The notes under the pieces are model-generated. The model had not been told where the DNA came from and searched no databases. It saw nothing but the letters and a program-made list of their open reading frames with translations. Made by a program: the position numbers and the translations under genes. From a virus, in the IMG/VR virus record IMGVR_UViG_3300045988_015542, positions 1-41,042 of that record: 41,042 bases of DNA. One strand, 5' to 3'. Below, one piece after another: positions 21,803 to 30,847 of this stretch. How positions within the stretch are numbered: position 1 is the first letter of the stretch; every line of letters begins with the position of its first letter.

Positions 21803-22837
21803 TCAATCTGTCGTCTTAATGTATTTAGCCACAATCGTCGCAGTTGCACTCGATCTATCTGATCCGGTTATGACGTAGGCTCTGTTGCCTACACCAGTCA
21901 GTGTTACCTGCGAGCCTGTCGACGTGCCCGATACCCCGGGCAATGTCATCTCGTTTGACGCATAGCCGTGGATCTCGATAATTTTACAGGTACTGTCTGT
22001 TCCCGGCATCGCCACCACCTTATCCGACGCATTTGGTAGTGCGCCGAACGGAAATGCCATAGTATACACCGGCTTGCCCAAATACCTTTCCGTGGTGCGG
22101 TATTCTACGCCCAGTTCCATAGGAGGGTGATCCACCCCCCCCAAAAGCTTACCAGTTTTAGGGTCGTATTTATTACAAATCGCCAATTGTTCTGCTACAG
22201 GAGGTATGTTATTTAGTGTGTATGTACCATCTGCTTGTTTGTAAACAAACGTTTGTCGTGTACCTACTTCCAGTTTCGCACCAACAAAAGTTTCTCCTGG
22301 GTTAATCCACCTCCATTGATTAGAAGTGCCAAAAAATGCAAGAATATCTGTTGTATCTGTCCAGCCAGAAGCCATTTTTGTAGTTGAAACAAAAGACTGC
22401 GAACCATCGGCGAGAATCTTAAGCACACTACATGTCATTTGCAGCCCATTGTATCGAGATGCATCAACTAAAAATTGCGCAACCGTGCAGTTGGCACCCC
22501 CAGCTCCATTAACCATGCCGCAAGGATATGCTGGGGTAAAGTCATTTGATTTGCTTCCATCTGAACTTAAAACACTCCATCCATCGCAAACATAGCGATT
22601 TACTGGAACACCAGACCAACCAGATGGATACAATTGCCAAACTTGGAATAAAGGATTGATGAAAAGGTTTGGCTTTGGAATGACATTCAATTCGTTTGTA
22701 GAGGCGGCGTCAATGTTCCCCCTCGCCTGCGCCTGCTGCTCGGTGGTCAGGGATTGCGCCGCGTCGTAGCGGACAGCGCCCCCTAAAATTGCATCAATTT
22801 CAGGCCCTGTGAAATTGGAATTGTATTGTTCTGCCAT
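21803..22837 (-). CDS. Tail fibre / receptor-binding protein 1
   Basis: N-terminal FTGPEIDAILG...EQQAQARGNIDA is typical of phage fibres. AT-rich central/C-terminal segment (about 22100-22700). Confidence 0.65.
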   Translation of the reverse strand: MAEQYNSNFTGPEIDAILGGAVRYDAAQSLTTEQQAQARGNIDAASTNELNVIPKPNLFINPLFQVWQLYPSGWSGVPVNRYVCDGWSVLSSDGSKSNDFTPAYPCGMVNGAGGANCTVAQFLVDASRYNGLQMTCSVLKILADGSQSFVSTTKMASGWTDTTDILAFFGTSNQWRWINPGETFVGAKLEVGTRQTFVYKQADGTYTLNNIPPVAEQLAICNKYDPKTGKLLGGVDHPPMELGVEYRTTERYLGKPVYTMAFPFGALPNASDKVVAMPGTDSTCKIIEIHGYASNEMTLPGVSGTSTGSQVTLTGVGNRAYVITGSDRSSATATIVAKYIKTTD

Positions 22838-22846
22838 GATATCACC

Positions 22847-25033
22847 TCACATGTAAATAATGATTCCACCGGGAGCACCATCGCCGCCGTCTCCGCCGTC
22901 TCCGCCCTTGCCCGCAGAGCTGCCAAGAGAAGTTGATATGATGATGGAAGAGACGTTGACCCAAAATGCAGCTCCCGTACCACCGCCACCGCCGCCGTGC
23001 CCTGCTCCGCCGCCGTTTCCAATGCTTGTCGGAGTGGTGGGCTTGATAGGCTTTGCACCGTCTCCGCCATTTGCACCGCTATACCCGTGAGGGCTGTCCT
23101 GCTTGTTTTCGTAGTCGGTTTCGTAGGTGTCAACCATCGTTTCGCCCGCTTCGCCGACCGATCCATATGCATTGCCGCCTTGACCGCCTCCGCCGGATTT
23201 CCACGGGGCGCTGTAGCGTTTCGAATGGTCAACGTCTACCCATGTCCCGGTTGCAGGCTTTCCACCGAGTACGCCGCCGCCGTCTGACGTTTCTGTTTGA
23301 CCGCCGATGTTCCCGGGGCTTCCCGATGTACCGCTCTGCCCCATCGCGGCATAGAGGATATTATTGATAATATCAAGATAGCCGCCGTCAATGATGCTTC
23401 CGTTTTCGCTGGAATAACTCCCAAATGTGGAGTGTGCCCCTTCCGTCCCATCTTGCGCTTCCGTTTTAGCTGTCTGCCCAGCGCCTCCGATACCTCCGAT
23501 GCCGGAAGAATATTGAAATACCTGCCCGGGCGTGACTTCAATGGTAACAGAAAACACTTTCCCGGCAGCCCCCGGATTACCGGGGCTTCCCCCTGTTCCA
23601 ACCTCTGTTGAATTGGGAACAAATACTTCTCGTTCGCCGTTTTCCTTTTTGTATCTTTTGAATAGCTCGCCACCATCAGTTCCGCGTAGACCACCATGCC
23701 CGCCATGACCACCTTGAATTACCGATACACGGATTCGGGTAACACCGGCGGGAACCGTCCAAGAACCGGAACCAGTAAGCACGGAGACACTTGTAAAGTT
23801 GTTCCCGTTGCCAGTCGGAAGATAGCCGGTAACAAGCTCACAGGACGCGCGAAGGAAGCTCGATGCTCGAATATCCATAGACGACAGGAACGCGCGTTCT
23901 GCCTCCTCGTATGGATTCGTGAAAGACAATTGGTCTCCCGGCTTTTCGCCTGCGACGATCAAATCGCACGATGTGGTTTTAGCTGACGCATAGTACGATA
24001 GAACACGCGACAAAACATTTTCGCTGTTTGCCACATTGACAAGCGTCGCATCAGTGACGGATACTTCTTTTTCGTCTCCGTTGGAATTGGTGCTCTTTTG
24101 CAGCACTCTTGTCGTGTGGGTATATTTCTTTCCTGTTAGTGTTCCGATGCCGTTTACAATGGCATAATTGACGCCGCTTTCTACAAGCGTCATAGTTCCG
24201 GTCACGGAAAGATTGTGGACGGGCGCGTCTTGGAAAGACACAAATGTGTGATTGGCTGCATCGCTTCCCTGTGTATTGTCAAACAGCGTTACAGTTTCAT
24301 CGCTTTCCAAACTGAGAAAACTGTGCTCGGTTACTTCTGCTCTTGTCGCGGGTGTCAAGTAATCAACATTGCCACCGAGGAACATGCGATTATCCGGCAC
24401 GTTTTTCACGGTATCACTGTCAGGGTAGCAAAAATACATATCCCCGTTGCTATCCTTGCTCATGGAAACACCACAGGCAAATAGAAGCTGGTGCAAATTT
24501 TCTCGGCGCGTTGCAATCGGAAGCCAACCGTAAATTTTGACGGCGGCTGCATCGGATGCGCAGCTAAACGGGAAGCCGTTGCCAATGATCTCCGATGCTA
24601 CCGTCTGGAATGTCTGGCCTGTGTAGATGCCGCCATAGTGTCTCTGCCCGTCTAAAATTCCAGCGGCTGAAACAGCGAGGATGTCAAACCACGTTTTCCC
24701 GCTTCGGGTAATTTGTTTGCTGTAGAATTTCCCCATCAGCACATCGCCAAAATAATACCAAATCGGCGTTGCATAAGGGAGCTTGTCCAAAAAGCCGTCA
24801 CCCGGATAGCAGCAGAACTCTTTTCCGTCTGCCGTAATCAGACCAGCGCTGTTCTTCGGGATAAATCTGACGCGGATGTATGCCGCCGAATACACGGTAG
24901 GCATCAGCTGGTCAATAGCAAGCTCATCGCCGGACAGAGAGGAAGATAGGACAACTTCACATTTTTCGATGTTTGCGTTTTCGAACAGGAAGAGAGGATT
25001 GGAAATGCTTCCGATGTAGATTATCCCTGCCAT
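22847..25033 (-). CDS. Tail tip (Tal-like) protein with ~290-aa Gly-rich C-terminal region
   Basis: 728 aa, positioned after the TMP and Dit-like gene. The C-terminal third is made of GxGGxGG-type repeats ending GGDGGDGGDGAPGGIIIYM. Confidence 0.65.
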   Translation of the reverse strand: MAGIIYIGSISNPLFLFENANIEKCEVVLSSSLSGDELAIDQLMPTVYSAAYIRVRFIPKNSAGLITADGKEFCCYPGDGFLDKLPYATPIWYYFGDVLMGKFYSKQITRSGKTWFDILAVSAAGILDGQRHYGGIYTGQTFQTVASEIIGNGFPFSCASDAAAVKIYGWLPIATRRENLHQLLFACGVSMSKDSNGDMYFCYPDSDTVKNVPDNRMFLGGNVDYLTPATRAEVTEHSFLSLESDETVTLFDNTQGSDAANHTFVSFQDAPVHNLSVTGTMTLVESGVNYAIVNGIGTLTGKKYTHTTRVLQKSTNSNGDEKEVSVTDATLVNVANSENVLSRVLSYYASAKTTSCDLIVAGEKPGDQLSFTNPYEEAERAFLSSMDIRASSFLRASCELVTGYLPTGNGNNFTSVSVLTGSGSWTVPAGVTRIRVSVIQGGHGGHGGLRGTDGGELFKRYKKENGEREVFVPNSTEVGTGGSPGNPGAAGKVFSVTIEVTPGQVFQYSSGIGGIGGAGQTAKTEAQDGTEGAHSTFGSYSSENGSIIDGGYLDIINNILYAAMGQSGTSGSPGNIGGQTETSDGGGVLGGKPATGTWVDVDHSKRYSAPWKSGGGGQGGNAYGSVGEAGETMVDTYETDYENKQDSPHGYSGANGGDGAKPIKPTTPTSIGNGGGAGHGGGGGGTGAAFWVNVSSIIISTSLGSSAGKGGDGGDGGDGAPGGIIIYM

Positions 25034-25036
25034 ATT

Positions 25037-25429
25037 TCACCGCCTGATCTGCGGAGAAATAGGGATAAAATTTACGCTCAATTCATCCCAATAGTTCACT
25101 CCGTCAATTACCGCCTTTATCTTGCGGGAACCAGATGTATAATACGCATCATATTCAATGGTTTTCTGCCCATCAGCTGCCTCAAGACGCACGGAATCGT
25201 CAGCGGCATGTGCTACCAAATAATCCCACAAGTCATCAAAACCGGAATTTGTATCCCCTCTAAAAAATGTGACCTTGTGACCAATGTAAACACCAATAAT
25301 GTCTCGGATCATGTCACCGCGCGCAACTCTCCCGGTGTTTTCACCATCGAGAACATTGAAGTTTTCTTCGTAATCTGAAATGCTGACTTTTGCGTCGAAT
25401 GAAATGCCATTGATTTTTACATACGTCAT
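25037..25429 (-). CDS. Putative distal tail protein (Dit-like)
   Basis: Position directly after the tape measure gene, with an ATGA overlap. Confidence 0.4.
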   Translation of the reverse strand: MTYVKINGISFDAKVSISDYEENFNVLDGENTGRVARGDMIRDIIGVYIGHKVTFFRGDTNSGFDDLWDYLVAHAADDSVRLEAADGQKTIEYDAYYTSGSRKIKAVIDGVNYWDELSVNFIPISPQIRR

Positions 25430-27393
25430 TTTTGCACCACCAAATTCCCGCCCACTCTGGTATTTTCGCTTTTGATATGCGGGTTAAGCACTCTCGCTAA
25501 AGCCGCCAAATTCCCGCTGAATTCAATCGTAATGTTCTGATTGCGGCTCTGTTGCGCCAGTACATTTGCTACCGCCTGTTCAATTGTTGCAAGAGGCGCT
25601 TCAATGTTTGTGCCGCTCTTCTGATCTCCAAGCACTGCAAGGAACTCCTTGTTCGGAGGAATGACGGTTCCGGTCGCCAAACGAGGAAGCTTCTTCTCGG
25701 ATATAGCCGGGATATTTACGCCAAGCGTTTTCCCTCCGATCCCTGGAACCCAGTCCGGAACATCAAAGCTAATCTTATTGATCTGTTTAATCAGCCAGTT
25801 CAGCGCACGAATGACCGTATTAATAAAACTTTCGACAAGAATAATGTCTGCATTGATAAGGCCCTTAAATACTTTTTTCAGGCCCTCAAATGCCGATTTC
25901 ATATCCCCAGTGAACACACCTTTAATGAACTGAATAATTCCACCGAGGATGTTGTCTTTAAGGTTTCGCGCAAATTCTGTCAGGTTGCCGGTCAGTGCAA
26001 GAACAGCAGTCACGACTGTAGCAATGCCCGCAATTACAAGTGGGATGACACTACCGGTCAGAAAGAAGAACCCCAGCCCCGTTGCCACAATGCCAGCAAT
26101 CAGTAGCAGCGTATTTTGGAGATTTGCGCCGTTATCACAAATATCTTTGAACGCTGTGATAATCATTGCCGCGCCTGCGATGACAAGGCCAATGCCAGCG
26201 CCAACCTTGCCAAACGCGAGAGCAAGACCACCGGCAAGTGCAGCTGTGCCAGCAAGAGAACCGAGCAAGTTTTTCCAGTTTACGCCGTTGTTCCATGCGT
26301 CAGACAGGCTTTCCCACAAAATGATTAAACCGCCAACAGCAATGAGGATGCCGCCGAGTTTCTTCAGAATAGTGCCAAGCACACCCGGCAAACTGCTACT
26401 GATTTTCCACAGCGCTAATCCTGCCGCAATGAGCATGACTGCATCAGCGATTTTCTTTAAGCGGTCGCTGATGTCGTCCATGTAGCTAAAATCCGGAGTG
26501 ATTGCGTCAGCGGATGCACCGCCGCCCATATCGTTTGCGGTATCGGTGGAAATCTGGTTGATCTCATCAAACGCCGCAAGCTGTCCAGCAGCTTTTTTTG
26601 CTGCATTTCCGGTCCCCTTTAAAGCATTTGTTTGCTTATTAAGAGCCTTTGCGGAATCTGCTGTTGCTTTGACGCTCTTGCCAGAAACAAGCGCCACAAG
26701 GCGCGTAATCTGCGAGACCACCGCCGTGATAACCTTTACAAGCAGTGTAAATGCGGGGACAATTACACTTACAAGCGGCTGCGCCAGTGTAAGCAGTGCG
26801 CCTTTTAGCTGTGCAATGGATTCTCTCGCATCGGAGTTTACCATCACTACGTTCTTTACCCAGTCGCGCACCTTTGATAGCGCCTGAGTAATGACCGTAA
26901 ACACAAGCGCGCTGCGGACAACAGATTTTAAGCGCTGTCCAAATACTTTCATAGAATCTGCCGTCGCTTCGGTTGCATTGCGCAGCCCTGCGCCTTTAGC
27001 TCTGCCCTCGATCTGCTGTGTTAGCTCAACTGCCTGCGTTTTCGCGTTGGAAATCTTATCGCCGGTTTTGTTGAGCTTTTCGTTGAGCTTGTCAATGCTA
27101 TTTGCAGTTTTGTTGAATTCGCTTTGCAGCATTCGCACGCGCTCGGCCTGCTCGGACACGTCGATTTTCTCATACGTGCCTTTTGGCGCTGTGCGCATAT
27201 CGGCAAGCACCTGTTTTGCCGCATCCAGCTCTGCGCCGATGTTGCGTAACTGATCTTCCATCGGCGTTTTCTGGGCGCCGAGCCGGTTGAATTCCTTTTG
27301 CAGGGATTCGATGTTGCTTTTTACTTTGTTCAACTCCTGATGGAGTTTTTTATCGCTAATAGTCGCTTCAAATACGACTTCGCCGTCAGCCAT
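25426..27393 (-). CDS. Tape measure protein
   Basis: 655 aa. Coiled-coil N-terminus and multiple TM/Gly-rich segments. ATG at 27393 follows AGAAGGTGA (the ORF-track start 27498 is less likely). Confidence 0.85.
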   Translation of the reverse strand: MADGEVVFEATISDKKLHQELNKVKSNIESLQKEFNRLGAQKTPMEDQLRNIGAELDAAKQVLADMRTAPKGTYEKIDVSEQAERVRMLQSEFNKTANSIDKLNEKLNKTGDKISNAKTQAVELTQQIEGRAKGAGLRNATEATADSMKVFGQRLKSVVRSALVFTVITQALSKVRDWVKNVVMVNSDARESIAQLKGALLTLAQPLVSVIVPAFTLLVKVITAVVSQITRLVALVSGKSVKATADSAKALNKQTNALKGTGNAAKKAAGQLAAFDEINQISTDTANDMGGGASADAITPDFSYMDDISDRLKKIADAVMLIAAGLALWKISSSLPGVLGTILKKLGGILIAVGGLIILWESLSDAWNNGVNWKNLLGSLAGTAALAGGLALAFGKVGAGIGLVIAGAAMIITAFKDICDNGANLQNTLLLIAGIVATGLGFFFLTGSVIPLVIAGIATVVTAVLALTGNLTEFARNLKDNILGGIIQFIKGVFTGDMKSAFEGLKKVFKGLINADIILVESFINTVIRALNWLIKQINKISFDVPDWVPGIGGKTLGVNIPAISEKKLPRLATGTVIPPNKEFLAVLGDQKSGTNIEAPLATIEQAVANVLAQQSRNQNITIEFSGNLAALARVLNPHIKSENTRVGGNLVVQK

Positions 27394-27510
27394 AATATCA
27401 CCTTCTTGCTTTTTAGTTTTTTGCGTGACATCATCCAAGCAGCCATAAATAATGGCAAGGAGGAATGAAAAATGGATAATATGACTACTTGCAACCATCT
27501 TCGCCCGATG

Positions 27511-28080
27511 CTATTTTGCGTCGGGCGTTTTTTTGCCTAACCACGCATTGATGGTGTTGTTTTCTTCCTCGGTCAGCGTCCGCTTTAAGTCAATAATGCG
27601 CCGATTTTCGCGGTAAAACTCACAGTCGGCTTTGTCAAGCGTTCTCCCTTTAGCCTTTAGACTGCGGATGCGGACGATGTTCGCAAATAAGCAGTCCCCC
27701 AGCTCGTAGTATGCCGAAATGAAAGACCACCAGTGGAAATAGGGCATTGCCCGTACTTCCTGCCCAACAACACGATTGATGGGGGCAACGATGTATTGAA
27801 AATCCTGCTCCCAGTCCATCAATTTAGGCCGCTTTCGATTATCACCTTCGTCGCCGCAGTCAAGAAACCACGTCATTTGTTTTATGGCTTCCGGAATGTG
27901 CTCATCAGGCATTTTCAGAAAATCGGGATAAAAGATATCCAGAGCCGCAAGCGCTTTCTGCTCGTTGGTCAGATCGACCGCAGCAAATACCGCCAGAACG
28001 TCCAGTGCCGCGCGATAGTCCGAGCGAATTTCATAGTCAACGCCGCAAACGCTCAGCGACGTTGGAAGATCGTACATCAT
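27511..28080 (-). CDS. Phage Gp15-family protein (tail assembly chaperone position)
   Basis: The pattern LPTSLSVCGVDYEIRSDYRAALDVL resembles the Gp15 family. Located between the major tail and TMP genes. Confidence 0.6.
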   Translation of the reverse strand: MMYDLPTSLSVCGVDYEIRSDYRAALDVLAVFAAVDLTNEQKALAALDIFYPDFLKMPDEHIPEAIKQMTWFLDCGDEGDNRKRPKLMDWEQDFQYIVAPINRVVGQEVRAMPYFHWWSFISAYYELGDCLFANIVRIRSLKAKGRTLDKADCEFYRENRRIIDLKRTLTEEENNTINAWLGKKTPDAK

Positions 28081-28514
28081 TTACGGTATTTCTGCGTATA
28101 CTTGCGGATTTTCTCATCGGCAAGCGCCTGTTCGCGCTTTACTGCCTCATCAAACTGCTCAATGATGGCGGTCATAAAGTTCTGCCAAACCGGCGCACCG
28201 TTGGCCGCGGAATAGGCGTTGACGCTACCAAAAAGCGTATCGGCAATGTCCTGCCCGAACAGGTCATTGATGATGCTGCGCATTTCCTTGTCAAGAGAAT
28301 CAACCATGTCGAAAAGCTCATCATCGGGGATATCCTTTTCGAGCGTCTTTGCACGGGTCTCCTGCTTCTTGCGCAGGTCATCAAAGGTTTTGTATGCTTT
28401 CTTTGCGAAGTTGACATCCGCAGGGTTGAAGTACACCGTTACAATGCCGTTCACGCCGCGAATGGTATATTCCTTTACACCAGAATCAAAACTGAGTTCC
28501 ATATATTCCTCCAA
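28077..28514 (-). CDS. Tail assembly chaperone (gpG-like)
   Basis: Position after the major tail protein. Acidic 145-aa protein. Confidence 0.55.
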   Translation of the reverse strand: MEEYMELSFDSGVKEYTIRGVNGIVTVYFNPADVNFAKKAYKTFDDLRKKQETRAKTLEKDIPDDELFDMVDSLDKEMRSIINDLFGQDIADTLFGSVNAYSAANGAPVWQNFMTAIIEQFDEAVKREQALADEKIRKYTQKYRK

Positions 28515-28547
28515 AATGAGGGCTGACAGATGCCAGCCCTCTATGGT

Positions 28548-29072
28548 TTATTCGCCCTCGGTAAAAGTAACCGTATTGCCGGAGATAGCGGCAGTTCCGA
28601 CAGTGCGCGTGCCGCCAAGCGTCACGTCGATAGGCATACCGATAAATCCGCCGCCCTCACCGCCGATGGAAGACGGCTTGACCATGCAGGACGAATAGCG
28701 TTCTGCGAATACTGCGGTCTTTGCCGTGCCTGCATAAGCGTGGACAATCAGCACGTCCTGATTCGCCAGAGCTGCCGCGTTCTGCTCCTTGACTGCGAGA
28801 TTCCAAATCTTGACGATGGCAGCATCACCAGCGTCAAGGTTGGACGGGTCAAAGGTCTGCGTGACAATAGGTTTCTTCATGGTCGTGCGCGTCGTGCCGA
28901 GAATGTCCTTTGCGGAATCCTCCTGCCAATCATATTCCATGCTGGAATCCGTAACGCGCGTACCGAGGGGAGACCACGTGGGGGTTCCGGTTTCGCCCGT
29001 ATTGAGATACGCGATCAGAAGTTCGCGGTCTACGGTCTGCCCCGCCGTGGTGTTAAAGGTCATATCAGCCAT
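28548..29072 (-). CDS. Major tail protein
   Basis: 174 aa. The pattern LIAYLNTGETGTPTWSPLG and position upstream of the chaperones and TMP. No sheath gene is present. Confidence 0.7.
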   Translation of the reverse strand: MADMTFNTTAGQTVDRELLIAYLNTGETGTPTWSPLGTRVTDSSMEYDWQEDSAKDILGTTRTTMKKPIVTQTFDPSNLDAGDAAIVKIWNLAVKEQNAAALANQDVLIVHAYAGTAKTAVFAERYSSCMVKPSSIGGEGGGFIGMPIDVTLGGTRTVGTAAISGNTVTFTEGE

Positions 29073-29463
29073 TTTTAATCACCTCGTAGTTCATTTTCAT
29101 AAGGATTTGGTGATCCTCGTCACCGTTTTCATACACGGCGAAAAGAGAGGATCGCGTTGTAGGCTCAATACGTATAACGCGCCGACCGTCGCCAATGTCA
29201 GGCGGCGTTTCGCTTGCTGCCCAATCGCCCAAGGCGTTAAGCAGCTCGTCAGCTTTGAGCCGTTTGTCGTTGCTATTCCCCGGTTTCATGCGGTAGATGA
29301 CCTTAAATTGGTATTCCGCCTGATATCCACCGAGGATGTATTTCTGTACGATGTACGCCGCCTGAATCGTGGACAGCGCCATCGCTTCTGCGTCAGCGGG
29401 AAGAAATTCAAATCGGATTAGATCAACTGGCTTGTCAGGGAATTTGTTGAGCCAAACAAGCAA
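29065..29463 (-). CDS. Neck/tail terminator-like protein
   Basis: Synteny between head-completion genes and the major tail. TTG start with a weak SD, so the start is uncertain. Confidence 0.45.
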   Translation of the reverse strand: MLVWLNKFPDKPVDLIRFEFLPADAEAMALSTIQAAYIVQKYILGGYQAEYQFKVIYRMKPGNSNDKRLKADELLNALGDWAASETPPDIGDGRRVIRIEPTTRSSLFAVYENGDEDHQILMKMNYEVIKNG

Positions 29464-29506
29464 CTTCCGCGATACCTGGTCTTCTTCCGCTGCCGAGACC
29501 GTCTTT

Positions 29507-29962
29507 TTAATCTGTTCCGTACTTCTTCACCGCCTTTTCTGCTACACGCGCCCACTTACCAAGGTTCTGTGCTTTTGATGCTTCGCACCAATGCGCTTGA
29601 GCTTGTGGGTGCATCGTCTGGTTAAACACAAGATTGCGGTCTGTTGCGTGCAACTTTGAGCCTTTCGGAAACCTGATTTGTTCGTTCCCAAATTTATCAA
29701 CATAGTGTTTTGGGCCGTTCCCATTCTCGTCTACCATGATTTTTCCATAATAGAGGTAACGCGCATACGGTCCGGGATAGATAACCGTGTTGCCAACCAC
29801 TCGTGTGCGCTGTGTAAGCGATCCTGTAAGCGCCGGTACAAATGGCTGGGTATCCTTTTCCATCTGCTCGGCTAAAGCGTGTTCGGCGCGTGTACAAGCC
29901 TTTGCAATGGCAGTCCTTACAGCGTCCATTCCATCGGTATGCACGGAAAACTTGATGCCCAT
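29507..29962 (-). CDS. Head-tail joining protein (HK97 gp10-like / minor capsid family)
   Basis: Synteny, plus the pattern PFVPALTGSLTQRT...YARYLYYGK. Confidence 0.5.
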   Translation of the reverse strand: MGIKFSVHTDGMDAVRTAIAKACTRAEHALAEQMEKDTQPFVPALTGSLTQRTRVVGNTVIYPGPYARYLYYGKIMVDENGNGPKHYVDKFGNEQIRFPKGSKLHATDRNLVFNQTMHPQAQAHWCEASKAQNLGKWARVAEKAVKKYGTD

Positions 29963-30411
29963 TACGCACCTCCGACTTCCCAGTGCTGCATATCGGGGCT
30001 ACCGTAGTCCATAGCATCAACCTTGGTCACGTTGTAACAATCGTCATGGCTCAGTACGACGGTCATGTCGTCCGAAACAAATTCGCCCTTTACAAAACAC
30101 GTCATGCCACCGTTACCCTTGTATGAGAGCGTCCACAGGTCGGATTTGTTCGCCGCTTTGAAAAACGATTGCGGGCCTATGTAAGTTTTCGGCTTCCCTG
30201 TTACCCCGTCCACCGCTTCCACGGCGAACGGAATATACAGATTTACCGCGTCCGCGCTCTCAAGCCCGCTTTCACGCACGTTGACAGCCTTGCTGGCTTG
30301 CAGCATCACGCCACGCAGTATTGTGGTATAAACCTTCTCGACCTCATTAAGCGTTGTCGGGTCGATCTCCTGCACGATGTTGTAAATCGTTACAGTGTGG
30401 GGAGCGTACAT
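29962..30411 (-). CDS. Head completion / neck protein
   Basis: SD GGAGGTGGTTGTAG. Synteny. Confidence 0.45.
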   Translation of the reverse strand: MYAPHTVTIYNIVQEIDPTTLNEVEKVYTTILRGVMLQASKAVNVRESGLESADAVNLYIPFAVEAVDGVTGKPKTYIGPQSFFKAANKSDLWTLSYKGNGGMTCFVKGEFVSDDMTVVLSHDDCYNVTKVDAMDYGSPDMQHWEVGGA

Positions 30412-30827
30412 CTACAACCACCTCCGCGATACAGTAGCCCAGTATGGGCAAGGTATTCCATGCACGTTTCCGCAAGCAGTTTCTTTGCCCCGTCCGTCGC
30501 ACTGAGCGCAGACAAGGCGGATTCACCGCCCGTTGCCAGCGTTCTGGAATAACTGCCTACTGTCTCGCTTTTGACTTCTGCGTCATTTGCTGCAGCGTTT
30601 GCAAGGTTTTTCACGGCAAGCGCCTGCGCCGCCTCGATGACCGCGTACTTATCCACCAGCGCGCAACAGCACATCTTTACCACATCCAGCTCCGCGTTGT
30701 CCTTTGCCCGGTTCTGCGTGTAATAATCGAGGAAGGAGCTGGCCCGAACAGCCAGACGCGGAAAATCTTCATCGCTCACAGCGCCCATATAGGTACCGGC
30801 GTAGTATGTATAATCAGCGTATGTCAT
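30390..30827 (-). CDS. Head-tail connector (gp6-like) protein
   Basis: N-terminal YADYTYYAGTY...FPRLAVRASSFLD is typical of gp6-like connectors. Directly follows the capsid gene. Confidence 0.55.
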   Translation of the reverse strand: MTYADYTYYAGTYMGAVSDEDFPRLAVRASSFLDYYTQNRAKDNAELDVVKMCCCALVDKYAVIEAAQALAVKNLANAAANDAEVKSETVGSYSRTLATGGESALSALSATDGAKKLLAETCMEYLAHTGLLYRGGGCRCTLPTL

Positions 30828-30847
30828 ACGGGTCAGCTCCTTTCATA

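Noticed and set aside
22860-23090. Proline-rich plus-strand ORF (PPGAPSPPSPPSPP...PPPPPP)
   Set aside because: It is the reverse-complement reading of the GGx repeats of the Gly-rich tail protein, so it is an artefact of repeat composition.
27394-27498. N-terminal extension of the tape measure protein (start at 27498)
   Set aside because: That ATG has a weak SD and would add a hydrophobic, AT-rich-encoded leader. The ATG at 27393 has AGAAGGTGA at proper spacing and gives a typical TMP N-terminus. The case is not fully excluded.
27511-28514. Programmed -1 frameshift between the two tail-chaperone genes (gpG/gpGT paradigm)
   Set aside because: The second ORF has its own ATG in an ATGA overlap with the first ORF's stop and belongs to the self-standing Gp15 family. 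I saw no slippery heptamer near the junction.
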